A stretch of 64,000 bases of DNA, taken from Muribaculaceae bacterium (GTDB lineage: Bacteria; Bacteroidota; Bacteroidia; Bacteroidales; Muribaculaceae). Below the pieces are notes generated by a model. The model did not search any database. It was not told the DNA's origin and was given only the letters and a program-made list of their open reading frames with translations. This document shows, in pieces, positions 21,832 through 31,617 of this stretch. The DNA is taken from assembly GCA_017391675.1 (NCBI GenBank), contig JAFOXR010000043.1:4339-68338 (forward strand), written 5' to 3'. The position numbers and the translations under genes are program-made. The stretch's first letter is position 1. Each line of letters opens with the position of its first letter.

Positions 21832-23405
21832 TAAATCCAAGTGAGGTATCAGAAATATTAAAGAAAGAACTCAGCGAAGTCAATACCAAGACCGCGTTTG
21901 AAGAAGTTGGCACCGTGCTAAGCGTAGGTGACGGCGTAGCGCATGTATACGGACTCGAAAATGTAAAGGCTAATGAGCTTGTTGAATTCGAGAACGGCGT
22001 GACAGGCGTTGCTATGAACCTTGAAGAAAGCAATGTGGGTGTAATTCTTCTTGACAAGGTGAACGAGGTGACCGAGAATATGAGCGTGCGCCGTACAGGA
22101 AAAATCGCATCTATCGAGGTGGGAGAAAATCTTCTTGGACGCGTAATCAATATCCTTGGAGAGCCTCTAGACGGTAAAGGCCCTATTGAAGGAAAGATGG
22201 TGAGAATGCCTCTTGACCGTAAGGCTCCTGGCGTTATTTTCCGTCAACCTGTGAATCAGCCTTTGCAAACCGGTATTAAGGCGATTGACTCGATGATTCC
22301 AATCGGCCGTGGTCAGCGTGAGCTTATTATCGGTGACCGCCAGATTGGTAAGACTGCTATCGCTATTGATACCATTATAAACCAACGAAGCGGATATGAA
22401 GCAGGCAAACCAGTGTACTGTATCTATGTAGCAATAGGACAAAAGGCTTCAACCGTTGCGCAAATCGTGAATGAATTGAAAGAGCATGGCGCTTTAGAGT
22501 ATACAGTTGTGGTGGCAGCTACTGCTTCCGACTCTGCTTCAATGCGTTATTATGTACCTTTTGCCGGAGCGGCGATAGGTGAGTACTTCCGCGACTCTGG
22601 CCGTGATGCTCTTATTGTATATGATGACTTGTCTAAGCAGGCTGTGGCATATCGTGAGCTATGTCTTATCTTGAAGCGTCCTTCGGGCCGTGAAGCATAT
22701 CCTGGTGATATCTTCTATCTTCACTCTCGTTTGCTAGAGCGTGCAGCTAAGATTATCGACAATCAGAAGGTGGCTGAAGCCATGAACGACCTTCCTGAGG
22801 ATATGAAACCTCTAGTGAAGGGTGGCGGTTCTCTTACAGCTCTTCCTATTATCGAAACTCAGGCTGGTGACGTGTCGGCATATATTCCTACCAATGTGAT
22901 TTCAATTACCGACGGACAGATTTATCTTGAATCAGGATTGTTCAACAATGGTGTTCGTCCTGCTGTGAATGTGGGTATCTCAGTGTCACGTGTGGGCGGT
23001 AATGCTCAAATCAAGTCAATGAAGAAAGTGGCTGGTACGCTGAAGATTTCTCAGGCACAGTTCCGTGAATTGGAATCGTTCACTAAGTTTGGTGGTGACA
23101 TCGACCCTGTAACTGCTATGACTATCGATAAGGGCCGTAAGAATGAACGCCTGTTGATTCAGCCTCAATATACGCCAGTTCCTGTTGAAGAACAGATTGC
23201 GGCAATTTATTGCGGTACTCAAGGCTTGATGAGCGATGTTCCGCTAGATAAAGTGTCGGAATTTGAGAAGTTGTTTATACAGACCTTGAAAGTGAAGTAT
23301 CAGGCAGAAGTGCTTGATGTGCTTAAAAGTGGCGTTATAAATGACGATGTGACAGCAAAATTGGCTGAAGTAGCTAAGCAAGTAGCAGCAAATTATAAGA
23401 ACTAG
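21828..23405 (+). CDS. atpA: F1 ATP synthase subunit alpha
   Basis: 525 aa. Walker [10 protein letters not shown] plus the conserved block [39 protein letters not shown] overlap with atpH. Confidence 0.97.
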   Translation: MINPSEVSEILKKELSEVNTKTAFEEVGTVLSVGDGVAHVYGLENVKANELVEFENGVTGVAMNLEESNVGVILLDKVNEVTENMSVRRTGKIASIEVGENLLGRVINILGEPLDGKGPIEGKMVRMPLDRKAPGVIFRQPVNQPLQTGIKAIDSMIPIGRGQRELIIGDRQIGKTAIAIDTIINQRSGYEAGKPVYCIYVAIGQKASTVAQIVNELKEHGALEYTVVVAATASDSASMRYYVPFAGAAIGEYFRDSGRDALIVYDDLSKQAVAYRELCLILKRPSGREAYPGDIFYLHSRLLERAAKIIDNQKVAEAMNDLPEDMKPLVKGGGSLTALPIIETQAGDVSAYIPTNVISITDGQIYLESGLFNNGVRPAVNVGISVSRVGGNAQIKSMKKVAGTLKISQAQFRELESFTKFGGDIDPVTAMTIDKGRKNERLLIQPQYTPVPVEEQIAAIYCGTQGLMSDVPLDKVSEFEKLFIQTLKVKYQAEVLDVLKSGVINDDVTAKLAEVAKQVAANYKN

Positions 23406-23413
23406 TATATACT

Positions 23414-24304
23414 ATGGCAACCTTACGCGAGTTAAAAGGAAGAATCGGTTCTGTGGCATCGACTGGAAAGATTACTGGTGCCATGAAGATGATTTCGTCG
23501 GCTAAAATGCATAAGTATGAGCAAGCGTTGAAGCGTTTGGTGCCTTTCCGTGAACAGGTTCAGTCCGTAATAGGACATTTGCTTGCGGCTGAAGGCGAAT
23601 ACACCTCGCCGCTTATAGAAGAGCGTGAGGTGAAAAGTATAGCATATCTGGTTTACGGCTCGGACGACGGATTGTGTGGAGCTTATAACAATAACATATA
23701 CAAGGGACTGCTTGAATATGTAGGAAAGGCTAGAGAACAATATGGCAATGGCATTGATGTGACTGTGCTTCCAGTAGGAAAGAAGATGACTAAAGCTAGT
23801 ATGCGTATGGTCGGTACGGGCGTTAATGTTGAGCCTGTAACTTCGATACACACACGCAGCACACAGAAAGATGTGGCTGAATTTGCCGAAATGCTGAAGG
23901 ATAAGTTCCTTAATAAGGAATATGACTTGGTAGAGGTAATATTTATGCACTATCACTCTGTGAGCCGTCAAGTTCTTGTAAAGGAACAGCTGTTACCAGT
24001 ATCTTATGATGTACTTGTGGCCGAAAGTTCAAGTGCAGTCAATAAGAATGCTCCATGCCTGCTTGAACCAGATGGAAATACTATCTTCAACAGCGTACTT
24101 CCGTTATACCTGCTCTCTATGGTGCAGACTCAATTCACCGAGAACAATGCATCGGAACAGGCTGCTCGTGTAATGGCTATGCAGAGCGCGAGTGATAACG
24201 CCAAGACATTGCTTGAAACTTTACAGCTAGAATACAATAAGTTGAGACAACAAGGCATTACAACCGAGTTGCTTGATATTGTGGGCGGTCAAGTGGAACG
24301 ATAA
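23414..24304 (+). CDS. atpG: F1 ATP synthase subunit gamma
   Basis: 296 aa. N-terminal L.E.K.RI.SV..T.KIT.AMKM.S.AK, and C-terminal LQLEYNKLRQQGITTELLDIVGG. Confidence 0.93.
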   Translation: MATLRELKGRIGSVASTGKITGAMKMISSAKMHKYEQALKRLVPFREQVQSVIGHLLAAEGEYTSPLIEEREVKSIAYLVYGSDDGLCGAYNNNIYKGLLEYVGKAREQYGNGIDVTVLPVGKKMTKASMRMVGTGVNVEPVTSIHTRSTQKDVAEFAEMLKDKFLNKEYDLVEVIFMHYHSVSRQVLVKEQLLPVSYDVLVAESSSAVNKNAPCLLEPDGNTIFNSVLPLYLLSMVQTQFTENNASEQAARVMAMQSASDNAKTLLETLQLEYNKLRQQGITTELLDIVGGQVER

Positions 24305-24323
24305 AAGGAAAATAACAATGAAT

Positions 24324-24353
24324 AAGGAGAATGTTTATACCGGTTCTCCTTTG
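24324..24353 (+). promoter_or_regulatory. 8-bp perfect hairpin overlapping a partial -7-like box (CTCCTTTG) in the atpG-nuoI spacer
   Basis: aaggagaa (24324-24331) pairs with ttctcctt (24344-24351) across a 12-nt loop. No U-tract follows. The TTTG at 24350-24353 lies 51 nt upstream of the nuoI ATG. Confidence 0.3.
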
Positions 24354-24403
24354 CAAATAATAGTAATTTCGGTATAGTAGTGTTTTTAAGTGTACTTAAA
24401 TTT

Positions 24404-24955
24404 ATGAGTATTAAGGAATATTTTTCTTCTCTTTTCAAAGGGATTGTGAGCCTTCTGAAAGGATTGCAGGTTACGGGTAAAGAGCTTGTTACTCCAAAGG
24501 TAACATATCAGTATCCTGAAAATAGAGCTACGCTTGAGATTCCTGAACGCTTCAGAGCGACACTGGCGTTTAAATACGACAGCGAGGGATATCACAAGTG
24601 TATTGCATGCGGACTATGCCAAATGAACTGTCCGAACGGTTCTATCAGTATTGAATCCAAAATGGTGGAAATGCCTGATGGAAAGAAAAAGAAAAAACTT
24701 GAAAAATACATGTATGACCTAGGCAGCTGTACATTCTGCATGCTGTGCGTTACATCATGTGCCGCAAAGGCTATAGAGTTTACCAATGAATTTGAGCAAG
24801 CTGTGTTCACTCGTGAGAAACTGAAGAAGCAGTTGAACTATCTGCCTGAAAAGGAAAAGCCTGCTCCAGCGCCTAAGCCTGCTGCTCCTGCTGTGAAAGC
24901 CGAAGAGCCTGCTGCTAGTGCTGCACAAGAAGAAAAAAAACAAGAAAATAATTAA
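24404..24955 (+). CDS. nuoI: NADH-quinone oxidoreductase subunit I with a Pro/Ala/Glu-rich C-terminal tail
   Basis: Two 4Fe-4S motifs, CIACGLCQMNCP and CTFCMLCVTSCAAKA. I chose the start at the ATG (MSIKEYF) rather than the GTG at 24380. The C-terminus reads EKEKPAPAPKPAAPAVKAEEPAASAAQEEKKQENN. Confidence 0.9.
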   Translation: MSIKEYFSSLFKGIVSLLKGLQVTGKELVTPKVTYQYPENRATLEIPERFRATLAFKYDSEGYHKCIACGLCQMNCPNGSISIESKMVEMPDGKKKKKLEKYMYDLGSCTFCMLCVTSCAAKAIEFTNEFEQAVFTREKLKKQLNYLPEKEKPAPAPKPAAPAVKAEEPAASAAQEEKKQENN

Positions 24956-24957
24956 AT

Positions 24958-25473
24958 ATGGAATCAGTAGGAAATATTATTATGTATTTCATAATTGCGC
25001 TTGCAATTATCGTGTTCTCGGTGCTGACGGTGACCACAGGCAAGATATTGCGTGCGGCAACATATTTGCTTTTCGTATTGTTTGCAACAGCCGGAATTTA
25101 TTTCCAGATGGGATATGAGTTCCTTGGTGCTGTGCAGATTGCAGTGTATGCGGGAGGTATACTAGTGTTGTTCGTGTTTGCTATCTTCCTTACAGGAAAG
25201 CCAGGCAAGGCATCAGAACCCCTTGAATCTAGCAAAAAGAAGATAGGGTTAAGTGCGGCCATTCTGGGTGCATTAGTGTGTGGATACGCTTTGTTCTCAA
25301 AGGCGGATATGTGTAACGCAGTGGTTTCTCAGCCAATTGATGTTACAATCAACAATATAGGCTCTATGTTGTTGAGCACCGAAAAGTTCGGCTATCTGTT
25401 GCCTTTCGAAGCAATAAGTATCCTGTTGTTAGCATGTATAATTGGTGGTATTGTAATTGCCCGTAAACGATAA
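24958..25473 (+). CDS. nuoJ: NADH-quinone oxidoreductase subunit J
   Basis: 171-aa membrane protein with the conserved region F.LGA.Q..VYAGGI.VLF.F. Operon position supports the call. Confidence 0.88.
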   Translation: MESVGNIIMYFIIALAIIVFSVLTVTTGKILRAATYLLFVLFATAGIYFQMGYEFLGAVQIAVYAGGILVLFVFAIFLTGKPGKASEPLESSKKKIGLSAAILGALVCGYALFSKADMCNAVVSQPIDVTINNIGSMLLSTEKFGYLLPFEAISILLLACIIGGIVIARKR

Positions 25474-25485
25474 GGAGAGATAGAT

Positions 25486-25797
25486 ATGGACTTGACATTA
25501 TTGATGTATCTTGTACCCAGCTTGATTATGTTCTGCTGTGGAGTTTATGGGTTCGTTACCCGCAAAAATATGATTGCAGTGTTGATATCTCTAGAGCTTA
25601 TGCTTAATGCTGTGGATATTAATTTTGTAGTGTTTAACCGATTCTTGTTCCCGGGTGAGATGGAAGGCATGTTCTTCTCATTGTTTGCCATCGCGATAGC
25701 GGCTGCGGAAACTGCACTAGTGATAGCTATTATCATCAATGTGTTCCGTATGGCTAAGAATATCGATATTCGTGAACTTACTAAAATGAAATTTTAA
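25486..25797 (+). CDS. nuoK: NADH-quinone oxidoreductase subunit K
   Basis: 103-aa three-TM protein with the conserved SLELMLNA and AAAE.A..LA motifs. Confidence 0.9.
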   Translation: MDLTLLMYLVPSLIMFCCGVYGFVTRKNMIAVLISLELMLNAVDINFVVFNRFLFPGEMEGMFFSLFAIAIAAAETALVIAIIINVFRMAKNIDIRELTKMKF

Positions 25798-25802
25798 GCT
25801 TT

Positions 25803-27743
25803 ATGGATTTCTCATATTCTTATTTAGTATTGGTGCTCCCATTGGTGACATTCCTGTTCTTGGGACTGATGGGAACCAGATTGAGCAGAAAGACTGCCGG
25901 AGTGGTGGGTACTTCTATGATGGGTATAACAGCTGTCATAGCGTATGCTATTTCTCTAGCTTATTTCTTTGGAACAGACCAGGGTCAGATTATTGAAGGA
26001 ATCCGCCAACAAATAGTGGCATGGGACCTTACTTGGCTTGAGTTCAGCGAAAAACTTGTGATAAAGATAGGCTTCTTGCTTGATCCTATTTCGGCAATGA
26101 TGCTTATCGTGATAACTACGGTATCATTCTTGGTGCACTTGTATAGCTTGGGCTATATGCAGGATCATAACCATGAGTATGAAAAAGGCTTGCAACGCTA
26201 CTATGCGTTCTTGTCACTTTTCTCATTGTCAATGCTAGGTCTTGTAGTGGCTCCAAACATTTTCCAGATGTATATATTCTGGGAGCTTGTGGGTGTGTCA
26301 TCATACTTGTTGATTGGATTCTATTACACATTGCCAGCTGCAGTATCGGCTTCAAAGAAGGCGTTTATCGTTACTCGTTTTGCCGATCTAGGCTTCTTGG
26401 TAGGTATTCTTATCCTTTCATATTTCACTCAGACATTTGACTTCATCACGCTTACAAGCAATCCGACTGCAGCAATAGAAACAGCAGGTGGTGCAACCTT
26501 CATGGGCTGTTCAGTAATGGCGTGGGCGTTGACCTTGATTTTCATGGGTGGTGCAGGTAAATCGGCAATGTTCCCATTGCATATATGGTTGCCTGACGCT
26601 ATGGAAGGTCCAACTCCAGTATCGGCGTTGATTCACGCTGCTACCATGGTTGTTGCCGGTGTATTCTTGATTGCCCGTATGTTCCCATTGTACTGCATGG
26701 AAGAAGGCACAATGACTGTGATTACAGTTATCGGTGCATTCACAGCATTCTATGCAGCTGCAGTAGCATGCGTGCAGAGCGATATCAAGCGCGTGCTTGC
26801 ATTCTCTACTATTTCGCAAATCGCATTCATGGTAACATCGCTAGGTGTTGCGCGTCCTGAATTGCATGAAGGTGTGGGTTACATGGCTTCAATGTTCCAC
26901 TTGTTCACTCACGCAATGTTCAAGGCGTTGCTGTTCTTGTGTGCAGGTGCAATCATTCACGCTGTACACAGCAACGAAATGAGCGCTATGGGCGGTCTTC
27001 GCAAGTACATGCCTATTTGTAATATTGCATTCTTGATTGGCTGTCTTGCTATTGCAGGTATTCCTCCATTTGCAGGATTCTTCAGTAAGGACGAAATCCT
27101 TGTCGCTGCATTTGAACAGCACACATTCTGGGGTATCTGGATGATGCTAGTTGCTGGTATGACAGCATTCTATATGTTCCGTCTATACTACAAGATTTTC
27201 TGGTGGAACAATCCTGACTACGGTCACCACACTCCACACGATGCGCCTATGACAATGTCTTTGCCATTGATTATCCTTTCGGTGGTTTCAATAGTAGCAG
27301 GTCTTATCCCATTCGGAGAATTCGTGTCATGGAACCGTGAGGCTTATCACATTCACTTGAATTATACAGTGGCTATAAGCAGTGTGGCTGTGGCAGTAGT
27401 AGCAATTCTTCTTGCAACAAAGTTGTACTTGAAGGAAAACGAAGCACCAGCAAAGATGGCGAAATCATTTAAGGGCTTGTGGACTGCAGCTTATAACCGT
27501 TTCTATATGGACGAGTTGTATCAGTTCATTACTCATAAGATTATATTCGAGAGAGTGAGCCGTCCATTGGCATGGTTTGACCGTCAGATCGTTGATGGCT
27601 CGTTGAACAGTCTTGCTAACCTAGCTAATTCAGCATCGTTTGCAATACGCAAACTTCAATCAGGCAGCATACAGTCTTATGTATATGTATACTTGATTGG
27701 CGTATTGTTGCTTGCTGCAATTACAGTGATATGTTTAATCTGA
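25803..27743 (+). CDS. nuoL: NADH-quinone oxidoreductase subunit L
   Basis: 646-aa antiporter-like subunit. Motifs WE.VG..SYLLIGF, KSA.FPLH.WLPDAMEGPTPVSALIHAATMV.AG and HAMFKALLF, with a long C-terminal extension (lateral helix). Confidence 0.93.
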   Translation: MDFSYSYLVLVLPLVTFLFLGLMGTRLSRKTAGVVGTSMMGITAVIAYAISLAYFFGTDQGQIIEGIRQQIVAWDLTWLEFSEKLVIKIGFLLDPISAMMLIVITTVSFLVHLYSLGYMQDHNHEYEKGLQRYYAFLSLFSLSMLGLVVAPNIFQMYIFWELVGVSSYLLIGFYYTLPAAVSASKKAFIVTRFADLGFLVGILILSYFTQTFDFITLTSNPTAAIETAGGATFMGCSVMAWALTLIFMGGAGKSAMFPLHIWLPDAMEGPTPVSALIHAATMVVAGVFLIARMFPLYCMEEGTMTVITVIGAFTAFYAAAVACVQSDIKRVLAFSTISQIAFMVTSLGVARPELHEGVGYMASMFHLFTHAMFKALLFLCAGAIIHAVHSNEMSAMGGLRKYMPICNIAFLIGCLAIAGIPPFAGFFSKDEILVAAFEQHTFWGIWMMLVAGMTAFYMFRLYYKIFWWNNPDYGHHTPHDAPMTMSLPLIILSVVSIVAGLIPFGEFVSWNREAYHIHLNYTVAISSVAVAVVAILLATKLYLKENEAPAKMAKSFKGLWTAAYNRFYMDELYQFITHKIIFERVSRPLAWFDRQIVDGSLNSLANLANSASFAIRKLQSGSIQSYVYVYLIGVLLLAAITVICLI

Positions 27744-27772
27744 TTTAGAAACGGTCTTAATACTTAAGAAAA

Positions 27773-29278
27773 ATGATTTGGGAAAATATATTAATTTATT
27801 TCGTCGTAATACCAGTGCTTACATTGGCTGGTTTGGCGATATGCAAGAATATTAAGCAAGTAAGAGCCGTATCTATAGTTGGCGCTTCAGCCTTGATGGT
27901 CTTGGGCGTATATGTATTGATAGAATTCTTGCAGCTTCGTGCGGCAGGAAATGTAGAAGAGATGTTGTTCCGTGGCGACTGGTCATGGTTTGAACCTCTC
28001 AACATAAAACTGTCATTAGGTGTTGATGGAATTTCGGTAGCAATGCTATTGCTTTCATGTGTGATTGTATTTGCTGGCGTGTTTGCATCATGGAATATGG
28101 ATCCGCTTCCTCGTGAATATTTCATGTGGTTCTGGTTGTTGTCAACCGGTGTGTTCGGATTCTTTATCGCAATAGACTTGTTTGCAATGTTCATGTTCTA
28201 TGAAGTAGCGCTTATCCCAATGTACCTGTTGATTGGTGTATGGGGAAGCGGCAACAAGAACTATTCAGCCATGAAGCTTACGCTTATGCTTATGGGAGCA
28301 TCGGCATTGTTGATGCTTGGCATTATCGGAATCTATTTCCATTCGGCAGCCGATGGCAACCTTACTATGAATATCCTTGAAATTGCAAAGAACAATGCAA
28401 TTCCAAATAACTGGCAGTATTTCTTGTTCCCTATGACTTTTGTAGGCTTCGGTGTGCTAGGTGCAATGTTCCCATTCCACACATGGAGTCCTGACGGTCA
28501 CGCATCAGCTCCTACTGCAGTGTCAATGCTACACGCAGGTGTGTTGATGAAGCTGGGAGGTTATGGCTGTTTCCGCATTGCCATATACTTGATGCCTCAC
28601 GCTGCTAATGAATTGGCATGGATATTCTTGATCTTGACAGGTATCAGCGTTGTGTATGGAGCATTCAGTGCATGTGTACAGACCGACTTGAAGTATATCA
28701 ATGCTTACTCTTCGGTGAGCCACTGCGGTATGGTATTGTTTGCAATATTGATGCTTAACACTACTGCAATGACAGGTGCAATCATGCAGATGCTTTCACA
28801 CGGTCTTATGACAGCGTTGTTCTTCGCCTTGATCGGTATGATCTACGGCAGAACTCACACTCGTGATATCCGCAAGATGGGTGGTCTAATGCAGATTATG
28901 CCATTCTTGGGAGTTGGATATGTGATAGCAGGTCTTGCTAACCTTGGTTTGCCAGGCTTCAGCGGTTTCGTTGCCGAAATGACAATCTTTGTTGGTTCAT
29001 TCGCTCATGCCGATATGTTCCACAGAGTATTGACAATAATGGCATGTAGCGCGATTGTGATTACAGCTGTATATATTTTGCGAGTTGTGGGCAAGATGCT
29101 TTATGGTCCAGTGTATGATGATCATCACCGCACATTGACCGATGCAGTATGGCATGAAAAGTTTGCAGTAATCACACTTATCGTGTGCGTTGCTGGATTA
29201 GGATGCTTCCCTAACTTCTTTAATGAGATTATTTACGACAGCTTTGCGCCAATCATCAAGGCGCTAGGAGCTTTCTAA
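27773..29278 (+). CDS. nuoM: NADH-quinone oxidoreductase subunit M
   Basis: 501-aa antiporter-like subunit. Motifs FMFYE..LIPMYLLIG.WG, FPFHTW.PDGH..APTAVSMLHAGVL.KLGGYG and SSVSH.G. Confidence 0.92.
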   Translation: MIWENILIYFVVIPVLTLAGLAICKNIKQVRAVSIVGASALMVLGVYVLIEFLQLRAAGNVEEMLFRGDWSWFEPLNIKLSLGVDGISVAMLLLSCVIVFAGVFASWNMDPLPREYFMWFWLLSTGVFGFFIAIDLFAMFMFYEVALIPMYLLIGVWGSGNKNYSAMKLTLMLMGASALLMLGIIGIYFHSAADGNLTMNILEIAKNNAIPNNWQYFLFPMTFVGFGVLGAMFPFHTWSPDGHASAPTAVSMLHAGVLMKLGGYGCFRIAIYLMPHAANELAWIFLILTGISVVYGAFSACVQTDLKYINAYSSVSHCGMVLFAILMLNTTAMTGAIMQMLSHGLMTALFFALIGMIYGRTHTRDIRKMGGLMQIMPFLGVGYVIAGLANLGLPGFSGFVAEMTIFVGSFAHADMFHRVLTIMACSAIVITAVYILRVVGKMLYGPVYDDHHRTLTDAVWHEKFAVITLIVCVAGLGCFPNFFNEIIYDSFAPIIKALGAF

Positions 29279-29310
29279 TTTGTAGTGTTGAAAAATAAAA
29301 CTAAGAGAAA

Positions 29311-30774
29311 ATGGATTATTCACAATTTTTAAATATGCCGCAAGAAATAGGACTGCTAGTAGTGTTCTTATTGGTATTCTTGTATGACACATTCATGTCA
29401 AAGAAGGTGCAAAATGCTCTACCGGTGTTCACTTGTGTGGCTTTTGGTTTGTTCACCATTGCAAATTTGTTCTTTGCCTATGAAGAAGGTACAATCTTCG
29501 GAGGTATGTTTGAAACGACTCAGGCAACAGTAGCTATCAAGGCGATATTGAATATTGGTATGCTTATCGTGCTTATCCAATCAATCAAATGGGCTAATAG
29601 CGAGTATATGACAGTGCGCAGAGGCGAATTCTATGAATTGCTGCTAATAACATTGTTTGGTATGTACTTCATGATTTCAGCGCGTCACTTCCTGATGTTT
29701 GTAATCGGATTGGAAACAGCGTCATTGCCATTGGCTGCATTGATAGCATTCGAAAAGAATCGCTACGAAAGCCATGAAGCAGCAGCTAAGTATATGTTTA
29801 CTGCAATATTCTCTTCAGCAGTATTCATGATGGGCTTGTCATTCGTGTATGCATTGAGCGGTTCGTTGTATTTCAGCGACATTGCACTGTCTGTTATGGG
29901 TGAAAAGTCAACAATGCTTATCGTTGCTCTTGCATTTGTGATTGCTGGTGTAGGCTTCAAGTTGTCTCTTGTTCCATTCCACTTGTGGACTGCCGATGTT
30001 TATCAAGGAGCTCCTACTCCTGTAACAGGATACTTGTCGGTTATTTCAAAGGGATCAGCAGCATTCGGATTCATGGTAATTCTTGTGCAAGTGTTCGGCT
30101 CAGTATATGATATGGCATGGGAATGGATGCTTTATGCATTGATCGTGCTTACTATCACACTAGGTAACTTGTTCGCTATCCGTCAGCGCAATATGAAGCG
30201 TTTCTTGGCATTCTCTTCAGTGTCGCAAGCTGGTTATATCATGCTTGGTATCATTTCGGCGAATGCGCTTGGTCTTGGATCGTTGATGTATTATGTACTA
30301 GTGTATGTGCTTTCAAACTTGGCTGCATTTGGCGTGATTGGAGCTATTGAAAATAAGACTGGTAAGGTGATGATGGCCGACTATAACGGTTTGCGCAGCA
30401 CCAATCCATGGTTGTCATTTGCTATGATGCTTGCGATGTTCTCGCTTGCAGGTATTCCTCCGTTTGCAGGATTCTTCAGCAAGTTCTTTATCTTCACTAG
30501 CGCATTGAGTACAGGCAGCGTTGCATTGTATGTACTAGTGCTTATCGCATTGCTTAACACTATCATCTCATTGTATTACTACTTGCTAGTGGTTAAGGCT
30601 ATGTTCATCAATAAGCCGGGTGAAGAAGGTGCTATCGCTCCATTCAAGAGCGCTTGCAGTGAGCGTTTGGCTATGATTGTATGTGTGCTTGGCATTATCC
30701 TTGTGGGTATTGTGAGCTGCATCTACTCAGGCTTGATTGAAGCAGCAGAATCTTCTGTCACAATGTTCATGTAA
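29311..30774 (+). CDS. nuoN: NADH-quinone oxidoreductase subunit N
   Basis: 487-aa antiporter-like subunit. Motifs GLE..SLP, PFHLWTADVYQGAPTPVTGYLSV.SK and KR.LAFSSVSQAGY. Confidence 0.92.
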   Translation: MDYSQFLNMPQEIGLLVVFLLVFLYDTFMSKKVQNALPVFTCVAFGLFTIANLFFAYEEGTIFGGMFETTQATVAIKAILNIGMLIVLIQSIKWANSEYMTVRRGEFYELLLITLFGMYFMISARHFLMFVIGLETASLPLAALIAFEKNRYESHEAAAKYMFTAIFSSAVFMMGLSFVYALSGSLYFSDIALSVMGEKSTMLIVALAFVIAGVGFKLSLVPFHLWTADVYQGAPTPVTGYLSVISKGSAAFGFMVILVQVFGSVYDMAWEWMLYALIVLTITLGNLFAIRQRNMKRFLAFSSVSQAGYIMLGIISANALGLGSLMYYVLVYVLSNLAAFGVIGAIENKTGKVMMADYNGLRSTNPWLSFAMMLAMFSLAGIPPFAGFFSKFFIFTSALSTGSVALYVLVLIALLNTIISLYYYLLVVKAMFINKPGEEGAIAPFKSACSERLAMIVCVLGIILVGIVSCIYSGLIEAAESSVTMFM

Positions 30775-30795
30775 TTGAATATCTTATATACGGGA

Positions 30796-30831
30796 AAGAG
30801 AGGCAACCAAGAGGTTGTCTCTCTTTTTTTG
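30796..30831 (+). terminator. Strong rho-independent terminator ending the nuo/atp block
   Basis: 12-bp stem agagaggcaacc / ggttgtctctct (one G-U pair), 4-nt loop, then a run of seven T. Confidence 0.85.
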
Positions 30832-30849
30832 TATATGGATAAAAAACAG

Positions 30850-30857
30850 TAAATTTG
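30850..30857 (+). promoter_or_regulatory. -7 promoter box TAAATTTG
   Basis: Exact TAnnTTTG match, 35 nt upstream of the ATG at 30892. Confidence 0.5.
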
Positions 30858-30891
30858 CATTATGTTAACTGCTAGATAAAAAAGATTGATT

Positions 30892-31485
30892 ATGAGAAGA
30901 ATTTGGTCTTATGTTGCACTATGCGCAAGTCTGTCGTTGGGTTATATTTTAATCTCGTGTTCACAAGGTAACATGAAAGAAAATGCAGAGGGTGATACTG
31001 ATACTGTAATCGTGGTAGGTGGAGAAGATGAAACTGTAATTGCTGAAGAACAGAAGAATGAGAAACAGCATAAGGAAGAAGTTTTGCGTGATAAGGAAGG
31101 TGAAGACGAAAAAAATAACATAGAAGTACAGCCTAAGGTGGAGGAAGCTCCAAAGGAGATAGGGGCTAGTCCTGATGCCGTTTATTTCCTTGATGATTCA
31201 GAAACGGAGAGTACACCAAAATATCCTGAAGGAGAAAAGGCTTTGAAGAAGGCTCTTAAGAATAAGCTGCGAAAAGCCAAGAAAGGTGAGAAGGCAAAGT
31301 TCCGTGCAAGCATTGTAATAAAGAGCGACGGCAGTGTGGGACGAGTGCAGTTTACAGAGTGCGGATATAACGATGAGTATAAAGCGGAGATCGTAGATGC
31401 TCTCAAATCTTTGCCTGCATTTGAGCCTGGAATGAAGGACGGGAAAGCTGTGGATTCATGGTATTATTTGAATTATAAGCGTTAA
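30892..31485 (+). CDS. Lipoprotein with a TonB C-terminal-like domain
   Basis: Signal peptide with lipobox (LGYILISC), then an E/K-rich low-complexity linker. The C-terminal 90 aa or so (YPEGEKAL...ASIVIKSDGSVGRVQF...AEIVDALKSLPAFEPGMKDGKAVDSWY) resembles a TonB_C fold. The ATG at 30892 is preferred to the TTG at 30886. Confidence 0.6.
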   Translation: MRRIWSYVALCASLSLGYILISCSQGNMKENAEGDTDTVIVVGGEDETVIAEEQKNEKQHKEEVLRDKEGEDEKNNIEVQPKVEEAPKEIGASPDAVYFLDDSETESTPKYPEGEKALKKALKNKLRKAKKGEKAKFRASIVIKSDGSVGRVQFTECGYNDEYKAEIVDALKSLPAFEPGMKDGKAVDSWYYLNYKR

Positions 31486-31564
31486 TTTACGGGCTTTATA
31501 CAAAATCCGATGTGTGAAATAGCTTTTTTATTCTATAAATTATGCTAATTTCATGATAAATGAG

Positions 31565-31572
31565 TACTTTTG
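31565..31572 (+). promoter_or_regulatory. -7 promoter box TACTTTTG
   Basis: Exact TAnnTTTG match, 46 nt upstream of the ATG at 31618. Confidence 0.5.
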
Positions 31573-31617
31573 CAAAACAAATAACATGTTTAAGCGAAAG
31601 TTGAGTAAACTTTAGAA

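Noticed and set aside
24318-24362. 14-codon sORF (MNKENVYTGSPLQI) spanning the atpG-nuoI hairpin.
   Set aside because: It is too short, has no support, and coincides with the hairpin. An RNA-level interpretation is more parsimonious.
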